Shown piece by piece: positions 49,674 through 63,409 of a stretch of 64,000 nucleotides of DNA (the stretch's first letter is position 1; each line of letters opens with the position of its first letter). The notes under the pieces were generated by a model. That model saw nothing but the letters and a program-made list of their open reading frames with translations, did no database searches and was not told the origin of the DNA. The stretch lies in assembly GCA_013239625.1 (NCBI GenBank), contig PNXV01000239.1:1-64000 (forward strand), in the 5' to 3' direction. This DNA is from Lama guanicoe (taxonomy: Eukaryota). A program made the translations under genes and the position numbers.

Positions 49674-52600
49674 TGTTGCTGTTTTCTTTTAAAGTGTTAA
49701 GAGCAATGTAGGCCCATGTAGTCTCTTTTAAAATCTGTGTTGCCACTACTGGACGATTTTGGAGAGAAAGCTGGCAGCCAGAGATAAACAAGGGGAGGGA
49801 CCTCTTAAAAGTGCTGCAGGTCACAGCCCACACCTTGGACTTTCAGGACTGCCTGGGGTCCCTAGGCAGTGGGACAGCACGTGGGCAGGAGGGAAGCCCC
49901 GGAGCACGTGATGATGCTCCCCTGAGTCCTGCGGGTGATCACATTGGACTGACTTGTTAACGTTACCAGTAACCTCAACATGAGTTGTCCAGCAACTGAT
50001 GTGAGCAGAACATGTACTTGGTCTGAAAGATTCCATTTGAGAAGTGTGTGGTCAAGTCCCCAATACCCCAGGGGGTCTCTGGGGTGCTCAGCCATCTCTT
50101 CTCTCTGGGGTGGATCTGGAGGGCAGTCAGACCCCACGTGCTCCAGGACTCACCCAATTCAATCTTCCTACTCAAGAGATTTTTATCCAAGCCCCTCTCC
50201 TGCCCCCCTTCTGTATTCTGCCCTTCTGGGGGTTAAGGAGGTGAACTTAAGAGTCACAAGTCCCCCATGTGCCTAGCGTCAGGGTGCCTGGAGTCAGCTT
50301 CCAAAGAAGCTGAGCTGCTCAAAAGTCCTTGTGAGTGTGTTTTAGCAGTTTGTTCCCTCAAAAGTGTGCCCCCCTGGCATGAGGATGGTGACCGTGGCTT
50401 GTGTCCTGCTCACTAGGGAGGATGTGAAGCCCCTGAAGGCCCCTTCATTGCTGCATCAGCATGACTTCTGTGCCCTGGGGGCCTTGTGATCTCATGGGTG
50501 CCATGTGTGTCCAGCTTTCCTGGACAGTGGTGAGGCTGAGGGAGGGGCTGCTCTCAAGGCACCCTGAAGAAGCTAAGTGAAGAAAATTGGGTTTCCTTCT
50601 CCCTTTTGTGCCCAGGTGCCCTCTCCAAGTTTAAGGAGACCATGATGATGGTAATGATGAAAATGGTACTTGATGGTAATGGTAATAATGAAAATACCAA
50701 ACGGGGGCCAGTTTGGTAACTTCTCATTTACACGGTGCTCTGGGCTCTCAGTGGCATCCCCGAGAGCTGAGACGCCCACCTTGGTCTCCCAACCGAGGAG
50801 AATCAGGGGGCAGAGCTCCACCCAAGTCCCTCCCGGGATCCCTCTCTCCAGGTCCTTGTCACTTGTGCCTGCCACCTGGGAACACATCCACTGGCCCAAG
50901 GTCTAGTCTTTGGTGTAGAGACGTGAGGCCCAGCCCTTGGAGAGTCTCTGCCTCTCAGAAAAGAGTTCCTGACACCTCACCTTGCTCATAAGCCAAATGC
51001 TGTCAGAGCACAGGTGCTTCCTGGAGTTTGCCCCGAATCCTCCAAACGCTGGGTGACACAGGCTAGGGAACCAGAACGGGGACATCCCCCACACCCGGTG
51101 TTTTCTTTTAATGAAGCTTGACATTCTGCTCTGGGAGTCGCGCTCATTTGTGTGAGAGGAAGGCTGTCCTGGGAAGCCTGGCAAGGCGGTATGAATAAAT
51201 CATAAAGCGCTTTACAAATCAGCATTAGCTGGAACACGAGGGCTCTGAAGATGCTCCGGCCTGCTTCTCCCCGCCCCGAGGATTCATTTATTTGCAGTAA
51301 GGGCTGTTGCAGAGGCTCTGCAAAGGGGAGCTCACATTCCTGACTGTGATGGGGAGGGGAGGCATAGATTAACTACTCTGGATTGAATTGGGTCAGCACG
51401 AATGTGTACATGGGTTAGGACCGGGATCACTTATTTAATAGTTCCCAATATTGCTCAGAAGGGGAACTGAAAGCTCTCGAATTTGGAGTCTCAGTGCCAG
51501 CCCCCAATGGGTGCAATCTGGATTGTCCTCCACCTGCTATTCCAGGGGGCTCGGCTCCTTTATTTCACGTCGTGCCTTGGATTCTCCTCTCTGGGCCTGG
51601 AAGATTCTCACAGTAAACTTCCAGAGTTGGGAGACGGAGATGGAAGCAGAGCCGCCTAGCCCAGCGAGCACAGATCTTCAACAGCCGGGGTCTGACTCCC
51701 ACATCCTACACTTCCTACCTCCTGGCGGTGGTGGGTGACTTACCTCTCTGAGCTTCAGTTTTGTAATGTATAAAATGAGCACGATGAATCCCCATGCAGG
51801 ATCATGGAGTGGTTTGAACAACTATTCAGAGGAGCTGCCTGGAGCATAAGGCAAGTGTAGGGTCAAGGGAGAAGGCATCTTTCTCCCCTTCACAGTGTAA
51901 TCTCCTGGTATCCCAGGAAATCTTACTGGACAAGGGATAAAGTGGAACATGAAGCCAGCTTCAGATGTGGGGCAATTGAAGTCACAGTTCAGTCTGTTCT
52001 GCTGCCATATGAATACGACTTTTTTTCCCCTTTTGGTTTTCAATATAGAAACTAAACACAACGATAAACCGTGAACATTCCCTTAGGAAGAAACCTGTGA
52101 CAATCACTGGATGGTCTGCTCAGAAGACAGCGGGGCGGGCGCCCGTGTGAGCATGCACACACACGCACGTACGCACACAGAGCTAGGGAAGCAGTTACAC
52201 TTGGTTCCCATCCCCCGCTCCCTCTGACCCTTTCAGGCATCTTCCCAGCCTAGTTTCAGCAAGTCTTGCAAACAGCTCCAGCTACACCGTGCTGTCTCCC
52301 TGGACACTGTGTGGGTAGTGGAATCACCATAGCAACTTGGCCCCTGTGGGCACAGAGATGCCTAGGAGGACCGCGCTGGGTGTGGGCCAGAGCCCCAGTG
52401 CCAGGGGGATGGGAGGGCCTGCCTGCTTCCAGCATAGGAGACTCTGGAATTCCAGTCCCTGGCAGCCCAGAGAGGGAGCTGGTGGGTGAGGAAGGGAAAA
52501 GGTACTTGCCTTCCTTGTGGAATCCTAGGCAGAAAGCCACACACGAGCATGGAAGAAGGCACACTGCAGTGAGGACGAGAAGACCGTTGATCAAAGGTGG

Positions 52601-53056
52601 GCCTTGGGTCCCGGCACAGGTCTCAGCAGCTTCTGGGGTGCTCAGAGCAATCCTGGGGGTGGAGATGGTCAGCAGGGCCCTGTTAACTCCCCAAGCCTGT
52701 GCCCTCATAAAACTCAGCACTCTCTGCTCTGACCTACGAAGAGCCAGCCGCCACGTGCTGCCTTCCCTTCAGTCGCCAAAACTGCCTGACAAAGGTCAGG
52801 TTCACTATCCCCACTTCACAGGAGAGAAAACCGAAACTCTGTCACACATGCGAGCTGTCAGGACTGAGGTTTGGAACTAGCCATGTTGAACTACAAAGAT
52901 ATCTGAGACATTTCATTCATTTTTTTAGGAAATTTTTTTGTTGTTGTTAGCTGGTTTATACCAGGAAAAACAGGTCAACTAAATTCTTAGGGATGTGGCC
53001 AACATTTATCCCAACCAAAATTTTTGTCCATTCAGACTTTTTAAAATTGGGTTATA

Positions 53057-53409
53057 TAGTCATCCCTTCACAGTATTCATAGGGAATTGGTTCCAAGAAC
53101 TCCCGCAGCTACCAAAATCCAAGGATGTTCAAGTCCCTTATATAAAATGCTGTGATATTTGCATATAACCTACGCAGTCCTCGTGTATGCTTTAAATCAT
53201 CTCTAGATTACTTACGATACCTAATACAATGTAAGTGCTATGTAAGGAGTTGTAAATCCAATGTAAATGCTATGTAAATAGTTGCTGGTGCTCCAAATCC
53301 AAGTTTTGCTTTTGGGGACTTTCTGGAATTTTTTGAAAAAATATTTTCAATTTGCTCCCTGTTGGTTGAATCCGCAGATGTGGAACCCACAGATAGGGAG
53401 ACTTGACTG
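53057..53409. mobile_element. MER2-type TcMar-Tigger MITE
   Basis: TA-flanked; agtcatccct.../...gactg; ccaaaatccaaggatgttcaagtcccttatataaaatg; ggttgaatccgcagatgtggaaccc. Confidence 0.9.
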
Positions 53410-54199
53410 TAATTCGTATACCATAACATGTACCCTATTAAGATGTATATATAATTCAGGTGTCTTAGTATATATATTCATTCATTTTTGATACGTCCCC
53501 AAAGTATATCAGAGTGCCTGGCATATAAGACAATTTCAGTTTGACTGCTCACTTTCAAATCCCAATGACACTACTTCCCAGCTATGTGACTTGAAGTTAC
53601 TTACCATCTCCTCTTTAGTTTAGTTTACTCCTCTGTAAAATGGCCATAATCATAGGGTTGTGAAGATTAAATGAGATGGTACATTAAAGCACTTGGCGCC
53701 TGCCACATAGGAAGGTTCAATAAACGTTAGCCATAATCATTATGAATGAATGAATGGAATGAGTGAATGATGGGCCTACATCTGGATAGTTGTGTTCACC
53801 TGTGAACACTGCTAAGAGAGGTGCTGATAGAGCAGGGTAAACTTGGCATGAAGAGGAGCCTGGAGAATTGGGGTTGGCCCTTGTTGATTGGGCGTGGGTA
53901 CGTCCGTGGCAGCTCCTGGCCTTACATGCCCTTGCTCTTTTAGAACTGGGTCAGGAACAGATTCAGGGCCTTCCCAAGTCAAAGCCAAGCTGCAACACCT
54001 CTGCAACCTTGAGTGTTGGAAGGGGCCTCGGGGCGGGCTGTGAGGGAGGTAAGAATGACGTGGGTGGGACCTCTGAGGGCGCGTGGACATGAGTCCCCAG
54101 TCATTGGAATCTGTCGTGAGAATTAGGAGAAGCCAGTTCAGCCCTGGGCTCAGCTTTATTTCTCATCTGCCTCTGCTTGCTGAGAATCCTGACTCTTTT

Positions 54200-54420
54200 A
54201 TTTATTTCTCTTTTTTTTAACTTTTTATTAAAGTAAATGTAGATATACACATACACATTTCATAAGTGTATAGCTCAATGAATTGTCACAGATTGGACTC
54301 AATTGTGAATCCAGATGAAGAAAACAGGCCATAACCAGCATCCCCGAAGCCCTTCCTGTCCCCTTCCTATCAGCACCCCCCTCCCAAGAGTAGCCACCAT
54401 CCTGACTTCCACCTGCACAG
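54200..54420 (-). mobile_element. Old L1MB/MC 3' end fragment
   Basis: taagtgtatagctcaatgaatt; accagcatccccgaagccc; accatcctgacttc. Confidence 0.7.
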
Positions 54421-54529
54421 ACAGCGCTGCTTAGAGGGCACGTGAATCATCTGGAGCCCTTGGCTCAGATCCCTGCTAGGGCCCCAGGGGAGTCCACCTT
54501 GCCCTCTAGGGGGTGCTTACCCCGGTGTG

Positions 54530-54665
54530 GGTCTGGGGTCTCAAAGCTGCCTCCAGGCGAAGAAGCAGATTCCATCTCAGCAGGTGTGGGATGAGTTGGA
54601 GATGCTACAGCTCTAACAAGCTGCCAGGTGATGTGGATACTGCATCCACAGACCACACAGTAGCG
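54530..54665. mobile_element. MER5A-type MITE fragment
   Basis: tctaacaagctgccaggtgatgtggatactgc...gaccacacagtagc. Confidence 0.6.
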
Positions 54666-55131
54666 AGGTCAGGATTAGGACCCATGCTTTATTTTTGAGT
54701 TTGTCTCTCGGAGACTGATGATGTAAGAGAAATGGAAGCACCAGAAGCCTTGTTCCATGAGGATCGGCTGGAGTAGAAAGAGGGATCCTGGGCCTCCACC
54801 CTGGAATCCCAGGAAGCAGGGCTGTCCCATCACAGGAGGCAGGGCTGGATTCTAGGGCCTGAAGCACATTCTCACCATCTGCTCACAAGAGGTGTATGAA
54901 TGAGCTCTGGATGGGCAGCTGCTGGAAAGGATGGAGTCGTGGCGGCCCAGATACTGATTGGGAAGCATGACGTCTTCTTCCAGCCCTCCCAGAGATGCTA
55001 GGATTTTATAACTCTGTCTCAAAAGTCAAAGGCTACCTGGGAACACCCACTGGCCTCCCAGTAAATTCAAGCCTAGTAGGAATTAGAAATTAGTGATGTC
55101 TTCATTTAAATGACCATAAATATCTGTGAGG

Positions 55132-55191
55132 TTTTTTTGTTTTTTTTTTTGTTTTTTTTGTTTTTTTTTTTTTTTTTTTTGTTTTTTTTTT
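55132..55191. repeat. 60-nt poly(T) tract with four G interruptions
   Basis: Seen directly. Confidence 0.95.
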
Positions 55192-56419
55192 GCTCTGGGA
55201 TTTCTTTCTGAGACAGTTGAGAGATAACCTGATGTAATAATGTAGTTTGGAGGCTGTTTCAGCATGTCATCCCATGCTTTGGTGACTGGCCATGGTAAAG
55301 TACTTTGTACTGGCCTTTTAGCTCCAGACAACAACACCTTTCCCTCCGCCTCGTAGTAATGGAGCTCTGGGGCTTGTTTTTGGATAGTCGGGGTCTTCCT
55401 TACCCATCTTCTCACTATTGATTACCTGGGGTGAACAGTCAGAATGAAACAAAAGGCCCTTTTAGGAACCTTTCTGGACAGCGGGAAAGCAGCTTACCCC
55501 GCAGCATCCAGCCACCTGCCAGGGCTTCCTCCGCCCTCTGATTTCCTGGCCTGGGGCCCACATGCCAGAGACCTGGAGCCTGGCAGCCCCAGTCGTCTGT
55601 CAGAACAGACCTGCAAGAGAGGCTGTGTGTCCCTTTCCTGCTAGTCCCCAAAAGAGCCATGAAAGCCCTTCACTCTGCCAGGCAGGCCTTCCCAAAATCG
55701 ATTGAACAAGTGGCTGAGCAGAACTATTCCGGGCATAGATTTTTCCTTCCGTCTGGAGATGTGCTCTAATTGTTTTTCCCTTTTTTATAGTCGAGACTGA
55801 GATGGGCATTGCCTGGCTAAAGTTCCCCTCCCCCATGGATGCATGTCAGGGCTGTGTGAGAGGGGCCAGGAACTTTATGGCTGAAGAGAGAAAAGGAAAG
55901 ACATTAACGTTAGAAGAGTAAATATGTTCAAGACTTTGGGAGAGGAAGCGAAGTAGCTGTTTGTCTTGTGATGATGAATCAGTGGAGGCTTGTATTAGAG
56001 TCGACATTTTGGAAACAGAATCATTAGAGCCCACAGAACCTCCTAGTTGATTTGGCATCATAGAGCTACGCGGAAGGAAGATCATCAAATGAAACGTCAC
56101 TCAGTGCTGGAAATGCCCGTATAGTACCATGACAAGGAGTCCTCCAGGCTCTGCTTAAATCCATGTGGTGATGGGGAGCTCACTACCTCACAGACAGAAT
56201 ATTGCATTGGGAGGAAGGGACCACCGAGACCATAAACTCGGCCTCTTTTGCCGTCCAGAACTCCAGTTCTCTGTGTGCTCTTCCTTTCCTGTGCTTGTTC
56301 GGGCTCGACTTGTACGTTTTAGGTGACAGATGGTCCATTACCTCCTAAGCAGGCCCACCCAGCCCAATCACCCCTCAAACCAGAGATTTAAAGGTGGACT
56401 GTGTAGGATCCACCTCCCA

Positions 56420-56975
56420 GTAGTACCATTTCATGGGAGAGGCAGGCAGGTTATCAGATAGAGATCTCAGTGTGACCAGCACAACAGAAACATGCATGAG
56501 GGCAAGGTCTCGAGGAGGAGGCAGCTGTGACCTCCTTGTAAGGTCTGGGAGGGCTTCTCAGAGAAGGTGGTCCATGAGTCTGGTTTTCAGAGGACAAATG
56601 AGAATTTGTAAAGGAGTTTAGAGAGAAGATGGCATTTTGAATGGAGGAAATAGCCGGTGCCAGGCCCACAGTGTGAGCCAGTGTGATATGTGGGGACATT
56701 TAAACAGCATAGAATTTCTTGGAAGTGAAATGCTATGTGAGGAATGACAGGAGGGGTACTGTGGGGTGGGGCACACCCTGCTAAGAATCTGGAGTTCAGC
56801 CTGCAGGCTCAGTGGGGCAGTGAAGGGTTTAAATCCAGGGAGACTTGCTTAGATTTGCACTGAAGAACAGTCTCTCTGGGTGTCGGATGAGCAGGAAGTG
56901 AGGGAGAGAAGGGAAGACCAGCTGGAGGATCCCCCAGCTGTCCAGTGAACAGTGGTAAGGAAGCCATGGACAAAA
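56420..56975 (-). mobile_element. L2 LINE fragment
   Basis: gagggcttctcagagaaggtg, aagggtttaaatccagggaga, agatttgcactgaagaac. Confidence 0.65.
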
Positions 56976-58470
56976 AGCAGATATTGATCAAGAACCTCAG
57001 CCCTTTACACCACCTTTTTTTCATCTCTTCAGCACAACCACTCCGTGAAGTCAGAGGCATTATTATTATCCCATTTCACAGATGAGGGGATCAAGGCTCA
57101 AAGAGGTCATGTGACCTGCCCCAGGTTCACGTAGATAGTGAATGACAAAGCCAGGACCTGAACCCATGTCAGTCTGCCTCCAGAGGCCCTGCTGAAATGA
57201 CAAATCTGGATGGCACCCCGGGAACACAGAGGAAGGGAGTACTCACGAGAGACAGGGGATGAGATGGCCATGAGGCACAGCCCTGGCCACAAACAGAGCC
57301 CACCCCCGTGCTTCACAGGGAGAGACTCCCGTGCAGGGACTACCTGCAGAGGTGTAGGTGGGGTTAAGGAAGCAAACACAGGTGTTGAGGCCACCACACA
57401 GGAAGCCCTTGCCACTCCTGGGCCTGCAAAAGCAGAGAGAGGAGTGTCTCCCTGAGCCCAGACAGGGCCAGGACCGTGTGAGGGGCCCAGAGACACAGCA
57501 CAGAAGCAGTGGCCGCAGGAAGCACATACCCATCTTCTCTCTCCTAGCACCTGCCAGTCTCCTGATCGTGCCTTCCAGATCCAGCTGGAAGCCAGGAGGT
57601 CATGGAGCCCGAGAGGCACAGGCATGGGGCTCCACCTGTCAGAGCATGGGAAGGGCAGAGAACTGCTCTGGGGGTGGTGCAGCAGAGGGAAATGGGCTTG
57701 GGGGCCGAATAGGAGACTGAGGGTGAGAGGAGGTTCCCAGGAGGGCTTTCAGGTCCCTAACTTAGGTGACAGGCAGTAGTGGCACCATCCCTGAGTCAGG
57801 AGGAAATGGAGCTGCTCAACAGAAGGGCTCATGGGCTCAGCTTGGGCTCTGGAGTGTGAAGGTTTTATGGGACACCTAAGTGTCACTTAGGTTTCCAGTG
57901 ACAGTGGCATATCCAGTTCTGGAGCTCAGAAGTGAGGTAGGAGCTGGGGAAGAGCTAAGGGAATTATCAGCACAAAGAAAAGGATTGAAGCCTAAGGGTG
58001 GGAGTGATAACCCAGGGAGAGCCCTTTTAGGACAAAGAGGGTCCAGTACTGAACCCCAGGGTCCATTTCCATCCTAAAAAGATAGTGGAGGAGTGGAGAG
58101 AGAAATAAGACCTCCTTTTGCAGCGGCCTAGGCCAGGGATGACCCTGAGCGAGGCAGCGTGACATGGGCGGCTGTGCTGGTGGGGGTTCCACTGTCCTGC
58201 TTTCAGAATATTTCTTCTAGTGTTGTTTCATCGTTGTCTGAAGAGCTTTCTCCAAATGGGATGTGAACCACTGGGATCATCTTGTAGAAGAATATATTAC
58301 AGCTTTTATTTACTTTTTATGTAGAAAAAATGAAAGAAATTAAACTGTACTAAGATTTAATACTCGGGCTGACACTGGGGCTCAGTGGGTGTGTCTGGTG
58401 GTCTCGTGCAGGAGCTCTCCTGAGAACAGAGTGGTGAGTCAATCCGTGACACCAGCCAGCCACGGGGCAT

Positions 58471-59009
58471 TGTGTCCAGGGTCTGCAAGACAGCCCCCAG
58501 TTCAGTGATTCACTAGGACTCGGCATATAATAGTCCTCACGGTAATGATTAATCACAGAGAAAGAACATAAAGCAAAATCAGCAAAGCAGAAAAGGCACA
58601 TGGGGCGAAGTCAGGGGGAATCAGGTGCAAGCGTCCAGGAGCCTTTCCCAGTGGAGTCACACAGGACGCACTCAATTCCCCAGCAACGAATTGTGACAAC
58701 ACATGAAATATGTACCAGGGATGCTCACTAGACACTCAGCGCCCAGGGTATTTACCGGGGGCCGGTCACCAAGGTACCTTATGCTGAGCACACAGCACGA
58801 TACCAGGCTCCCAGAAGGAAGGCAGGTGTGCAGCATAAACCACACCGCTGGCACAAACCGTTTGTTCAGGCACAGAGTCACTCTTGTCATTGAGGGAATG
58901 GGGAAAACTCTCCCCAAATCCAAATTCTCAGACGCCAGCTAGAGGGCCCACTTTGCCAGCAGGGCTTTGAAAGCTCACCTTTTCTGCTAGGTTAGCTCCT
59001 TTCTGCCCA
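58471..59009 (-). mobile_element. MER21-family LTR
   Basis: tgtgtccagggtctgcaagacagcccccagttcagtgattcactagga; cccagtggagtcacacaggac; cccaaatccaaattctcagacgccagc. Confidence 0.88.
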
Positions 59010-61788
59010 GGCGTCCTCACCCGTTCTTTGCTTTCAGTCTATGGCAACATACTGCCATGTCCAGATGCCAGGTTAAGTTTGTGTTATTGTGTCTTAACTA
59101 ACTTTATCTCATTGATATGACTGAGTTCTAAGGAATTGGGCCCTACAAAATAGATCAGTGGCCTGGAAACGATTACTCCAAAGAAAACATAAGTCAAAGC
59201 AAATATAGTAACGTGAAGCACATTGGGGTGATACTTTATAGGAGGTCATTGTCTGCCACATTATGAGGTAAAAGTAATGATGTTATTTCATTTCTTACCA
59301 TCCTTTTTTAAATGTCCACCTTCTGTATATGTTCATGTTTAAAATTGTTTTTCTGATAAGAGAATATGATCAAAACGCTTGGAGGCCATCGGCCAGAACA
59401 ACCGTGGCAACCATTAGCTCTGAAAGTGTGCTGAGATCAGCGAGGAGAGTGTTCTCAGGCCGGCCGGCCCCGCCCACGGATGTGTCCTGTCCCTCTGACC
59501 GCTGCCTCCAGGACAGGGAAGAACCTGATTGGGGTCAAGGAGGCTGAGGAGGAGCAGGCATGATGTGAGGGAGAGAGGGCTGCAATGAGTGGCATGGTTG
59601 AGAGAAATACCTTAAACACCCTGAGTCTCAGTTTCTTCACCTGCAAAGGGGTTTTCTCACTCAACTGATGGATTCAGAAAATCACCTTGGTGTTGGTTGT
59701 TGCTGTGGTTTTATTTGTGTGTTTTTATCATTATATACTAAATTTCTGGCCTAGTAATACTTACTGGATGAACAGATGAACAAATAAATGAATGAATGAA
59801 TGAATGAGATGATCTGTAAGGTCCTTTGCAACTCTGACAGACTAGGAAAGTGTGATCCGGTCATTGAATAAGGTCTAAATTCCCAGTAATTGTCTCCTTC
59901 CCAGTCCCTGTTCTGTTTACTTTTCTTGCATCCCTGTATTTTAATACGAGTGATGATGTGGCCCTCCAAGACCTTCTTTAAAGTACTGTGATTCATTCTT
60001 GCCTGTCAGAAATTTTTGAAATTTAAAAAAAGAAGAAGGTTAGGTCCCCACCTGTGCCATTGTCAGCATTCACACCTCAGATGTCTGTGTTTCTGAGCGA
60101 CTGCTGTAACGCTGCTGGTCTTTCTTACGGGGTCGGCCTTGCCTCTACCCAGCCAGTTCCTATTTTTACAAATCAAATGGAAAGGGAAAGTGTTCTGTCT
60201 CTGGAAAGCTGGAGAGCCAAGTCACTGGAATAGAAAGGCAGGGTGAAGGGACTCCGTGAAGGGAGTGTGTCTGGGAACCTCCTACCTAACCGCCCGCAGC
60301 CTGGGGCTGGACGGGGCCGTTTGAGGCCGGGCAAACCTGCTGGGCTGACTCCTCTGGACACGGAGGCCCTGGCTGTCTGCTCCAGCCTGGCTGTCTCTCT
60401 CTCCCTACCATATCCCTACCATATCCCTCTTCCTGCTGTGTTCAGTGGAGGAGGCTCAGGGACCTTTCAGAGAGAATTTAGCTCAGCAGAGCTGAGGAGA
60501 GCAGAAGAAAGACCACAGCTGAGAACTGGAGCTCACAGAGCACGCAGCCTTTTTGTCCCAGGGAGTGGGAGGCCCCAGAACTCAGTGGTGCACAGCTGAG
60601 GGCTGGGCCATGATATGGGGTCCAGCCTGGAGCTGGGGAATCTCCAGGGTCTTGGAGAGTGTCCAGACCAGCCAGCGACGTTGGAATTGAGAGGGGCTGG
60701 GGTCTGGCCAAGGTGGTAGTGCAGGTGGAGAGTGGGCACCTGGGAGGCCTCCAAGACCTAATATATGGCGGCTGGCCATCCCAGCCTGCGTGAATCAGGC
60801 TGTAGGCTCCTATCAGGGCTGATAGTTCCCAGCAGCCACCGGCCCAGGGCTAGAGATCGAGGCACACTTTAGTCCTGGGGAACAGGTAAGAGCCAGATAG
60901 GACGTTAGTCATGAGCAGGAAGCCAAGGTCTGAATGTGGGTTCAGTGGCCAGGCTGGCTTGGTGCTGAGTTACCAGACTCCTGAGGTCACACAGAATGAT
61001 AGGCCATGGGGGGCTGGGACTGGGGGCTGAGCAGCAGGACCCAGGCAACATCATTCCTGTCTTTCTCCAAAGGCCCAAGGAAACAGGCCCCTGCTGGGAG
61101 TGGGAAGGTCACAGCTCTTCCCCCTGGCCTTCCTCCTAACTGAGCCCTTCATGATGGCCATGAGCTGAGCTGGTGCAGCTGCCAGTCAGGTGTCCCCAAG
61201 GCCAGCTCTGGCCAAGTCCTGCACTGCTCTACCAGAGTGGTGGGGTTGCTAGCACTGGAGAAGAGCCATGCAGGCTTGTTGTCCTGCCCAGTCTCAGCCC
61301 CTGGGGCCCAGTGCCCTTCCCTACCCGCGGCCCACAACCCAGGAGCTGGGAGGTTCCTGGAGCCACCTGGTCTCCTAGAGACTCAGGTGAGGAGACAGAA
61401 ATCAGTGATTATGTTCACCTCTGCAGGCATGTCTCCCCACATTAGAAGGCTGTCAAGGAAGGTGAGGGAAGACCAGAGAGCTGGCCTGAAACAGCTTTGT
61501 GACCCCTCAGTGGTCCTGGGGGCCCTCTGTGCCTCTCTCTATGACTGGTTCCCTCTGGGCTGTGGGTCCATCAAAGGCAGGATTTGACTCTCATGTGCCT
61601 CTGCGCCCAGGGGCCTGGGTCTGGCAAGTGGCCGGTAGAACCAAACGTCTATCAGATTGAAACGTGATTGAAGGACCATTGGTGCTGGTAAAACTCTACA
61701 GTATGTAAAGTAGAGCAACACCATTTAGAGTCCCCTTGTTGGAGCCACCTGGGAGATTTTAATGCCTCTGTTTTCTCACCGCCTCTAG

Positions 61789-61926
<138 letters not shown>

Positions 61927-61929
61927 TAA

Positions 61930-62400
61930 TATTCAATTCGTATTTATTTAATGAAGATTTGTTAGGCACCTACTATGTGCCAGGCACTGGGCTATTTGCT
62001 TTGGATTCAAGCTACACACAACCTTTCCCACCTCCCGACTCCCACCCCCAACACCTTCAGGCTCCTGGGGAAATCAGACAGCTAACAAAGCGTTTACAAT
62101 GCAAGATGATAGGGGCTGGTTGGGTGCATATGGGGGAAACTGGGGTACAGCACTCAGGGAAGGCTTCCTGTAGGAAGCGATGGCTATGCTAAGACCTGGA
62201 GGGTGACTGAGAGGCAGAGGCTGGGGAATTTTCAAGCCCCATAGAGGGAACCGTGTGCACGGAGGCTTGGGGGATGGGGATGGGTTTGTGGAGACAGAGT
62301 ACAAGAGGGGGCTTCAGGGGAAGGCAGGAGGTACGGAATCTCAACTTTAACTTATGGGCAATGAAGAGCCCTTGAAAGAGGGGAGTAGAAACAGAGGCAG
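61930..62400 (-). mobile_element. L2 LINE fragment immediately downstream of exon 12
   Basis: ttgttaggcacctactatgtgccaggcactggg; tcagggaaggcttcctgtagga. Confidence 0.75.
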
Positions 62401-63409
62401 AGGCCTGATTTAATGCTTCCATTTTCGAAGAGGCCCTAGAGGACAGGAGCCCTCTGCCTTCGTGTGGGAGGAAAGCATTTGCCACCCGTGTGGTTGGCTC
62501 TAACCATCGTGTTGATTAAGCTTGACTCTTAGGATGTAGTCATAGCGAAACTTTCTCCAAACTGTCATTTTAACCCTTCTGGTGGCTGGTGCTCTTTTTC
62601 TCTTGCTCCTGGTTAAAAATTCGGGCAAGTCTAATGGCTTTGAGGTTCTCTGGTCAACAACTAATATATGTGGAGTCCATCGTAATATTCAAAACTTTAA
62701 ACTACATTCCAAGGCACTGCACTGCTTCTCCCGCCCCCAGACCATCCTGAAGCAGCTGGCCACTTGCCCTGGGAGAGGGGTGTGAGTGGGCTGCTTCTCT
62801 CTTTTACTAGCCTGAGTTTTTTCCCCGTTATCCCATTCCCAAGGTTTCCTGGACCCTCCAGAGTTGGAGTTTGGAGTGGTGGACAGGGCGGGAAAGACCT
62901 TATTTGCCAGGAGCGGCATTGGGCTTGCTGGGCCTGGCAGAGGTTAAGTAGGCCCTTTAGGCTCTCATGGGGTCTTTTTGTGGGGTTTTCAAAGCCCCTC
63001 ATTACTGGGACTCTCTGTCCTGCGGTGCCCCTGACATGGGTGAAATACTTCCCCAGTTGGCCATTTGTGGCTCCTTTCCCAGGCACGTGGCAGTTCCCCA
63101 ACTCCTGGGCTCCCTGGTCCCCCCAGCTTGTCTTGGACACAGCTCTCCCTCAGCTGGGCCCACATCCGGTGCTCAGGAAACACTCCGACATCCTTCGCTC
63201 CTGTAAACTCAGGGACTGCTGTTGGTCCCACTGGAGCAGCTTCGCCTCTTCTGCTCCACCCGGGCTCCATTTAGAGGGAAGAAAGAGCTCAGCTCTGCCA
63301 CCCCACTGCCTGTGCTCACCTGGAAGGCCCTCCCCTCGCTGGGCCTCAGCAGCATTTGTGACAACTCCTTCCTGTCTGTAAGATGAGGAGCCTGGCCGCC
63401 TGGTCCTTC

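Noticed and set aside
49237..49833. 198-aa protein-coding gene on the minus strand
   Set aside because: It is the C-terminal remnant of L1 ORF2 joined by chance to flanking sequence, with no EN or RT domain.
53222..53285. Internal ~31-bp duplication aatacaatgtaa..tgctatgtaa..agttg
   Set aside because: It lies inside the MER2 element and, as I recall, belongs to the subfamily consensus, so it is not locus-specific.
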